Positions 34,995-35,789 of a DNA stretch of 35,789 nt are shown one piece after another (positions within the stretch are counted from its first letter, which is position 1; the number at the start of each line of letters is the position of its first letter). Source of the DNA: Octopus sinensis (taxonomy: Eukaryota); assembly GCF_006345805.1 (NCBI RefSeq), contig NW_021828073.1, forward strand, positions 1 through 35,789. Reading direction: 5' to 3'. Both the position numbers and the translations under genes were made by a program. The notes beneath the pieces are model-generated. The model was not told the origin of the DNA and made no database searches. It was given only the letters and a program-made list of their open reading frames with translations.

Positions 34995-35240
34995 CTTTTA
35001 TATTTTTCTGTCATTTGCCTGTGGCCATACTGGGGCACTGCCTTGAAGTGTTTAGTTGAACAACCCCCCCACCCCAGTAGTTATTTTTATTAAGTCTAGT
35101 GCTTATTCTATCAGTCTCTTTTTCCAAACTTAAGTTATGAGGACGTAAATAAACTAACAATGGTGGTCAAGAGGTGGCTGGTTGGGAAAAAATGCAAAGA
35201 CACATGCACACACACACACACACACACATACACAAGCACA
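34995..35240 (-). mobile_element. Major SINE 3' half, diverged
   Basis: ctgtcatttgcctgtggccatactgggg...ggacgtaaataaac then (CA)n. Confidence 0.75.
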
Positions 35241-35391
35241 CATATACACATAATACATACATTAGATATATATAAATCTACATATTAGGCATATAAACAT
35301 GGTAAATTTAATTATTTCTCTGTTGATTGAAACAATAATGAACAGCCTTAATCAATATTTGACCCTTATTGGGGTCTGATGGGCCCCCGCA

Positions 35392-35578
35392 TGTGTATAG
35401 TTAGCAATTTTCTTTCTCCATCTTCCCTTCCTTTTTCTATGTTTCTGACGAAGAACTCTGCTTGAAACGTTAAATCCTCCTCCTTCTTTCTTTCCCTTCC
35501 TGAGCGTCCAATAACACTATACTTGTTCCATGTCCTCGTGTTGTTGTGTTTTCTCTTTGTTCATGTTTCGAGTAACTA
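35392..35578 (+). mobile_element. Penelope-like terminal-repeat remnant (family P1)
   Basis: Homologous to 19966-20160 (rc); ends taactatata into (TA)n. Confidence 0.6.
35441..35475 (+). ncRNA. Minimal type I hammerhead ribozyme motif
   Basis: GUUU-CUGACGA-AGAAC(UCU)GCUU-GAAAC-GUU-AAAU; intact core, palindromic AACGUU stem III, one mismatch in stem II. Confidence 0.6.
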
Positions 35579-35613
35579 TATATATATATATACATAAATA
35601 TACACATATATAA

Positions 35614-35646
<33 letters not shown>

Positions 35647-35789
35647 CATACATATATAAATATACATACATATACATATATATATAAATATACATATACA
35701 TATACATACATATATAAATATACATACATATACATACATATATAAATATACATAAATATACATATATATATATTTATATATGTGTATAG
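35579..35789. repeat. (TA)n/(TACA)n microsatellite
   Basis: Direct inspection. Confidence 0.97.

Overview
Repeat-dominated, AT-rich eukaryotic DNA with no host gene that I can support. The SINE/MITE repertoire and the very long (TA)n-type microsatellites look like octopus (coleoid cephalopod) DNA; this is recognition from memory, not a database match. Contents: four 5'-truncated copies of an RTE-clade LINE (1-1460 +, 1496-2999 +, 19369-19890 -, 28796-30612 +), the last with an uninterrupted 350-codon RT C-terminal frame; about two dozen copies or fragments of one tRNA-headed SINE plus three other SINE types; TTAA-flanked piggyBac-like, hAT-like and Tigger-like MITEs, often nested; a CR1-like 3' end; several fold-back elements; and kb-scale microsatellites. 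The most notable observations are: (i) a complete C4HC3 PHD-type finger inside the RTE reverse transcriptase; (ii) a variable-number 62-bp triple-hairpin array in the RTE 3' UTR; (iii) three unrelated families of minimal hammerhead-ribozyme motifs in inverted or (TA)n-embedded Penelope-like repeats; (iv) a 1.3-kb inverted-plus-tandem arrangement of a 592-bp unit; (v) a multi-level nested transposon stack at 27.7-30.8 kb. Most long ORFs in the supplied track are microsatellite artefacts.
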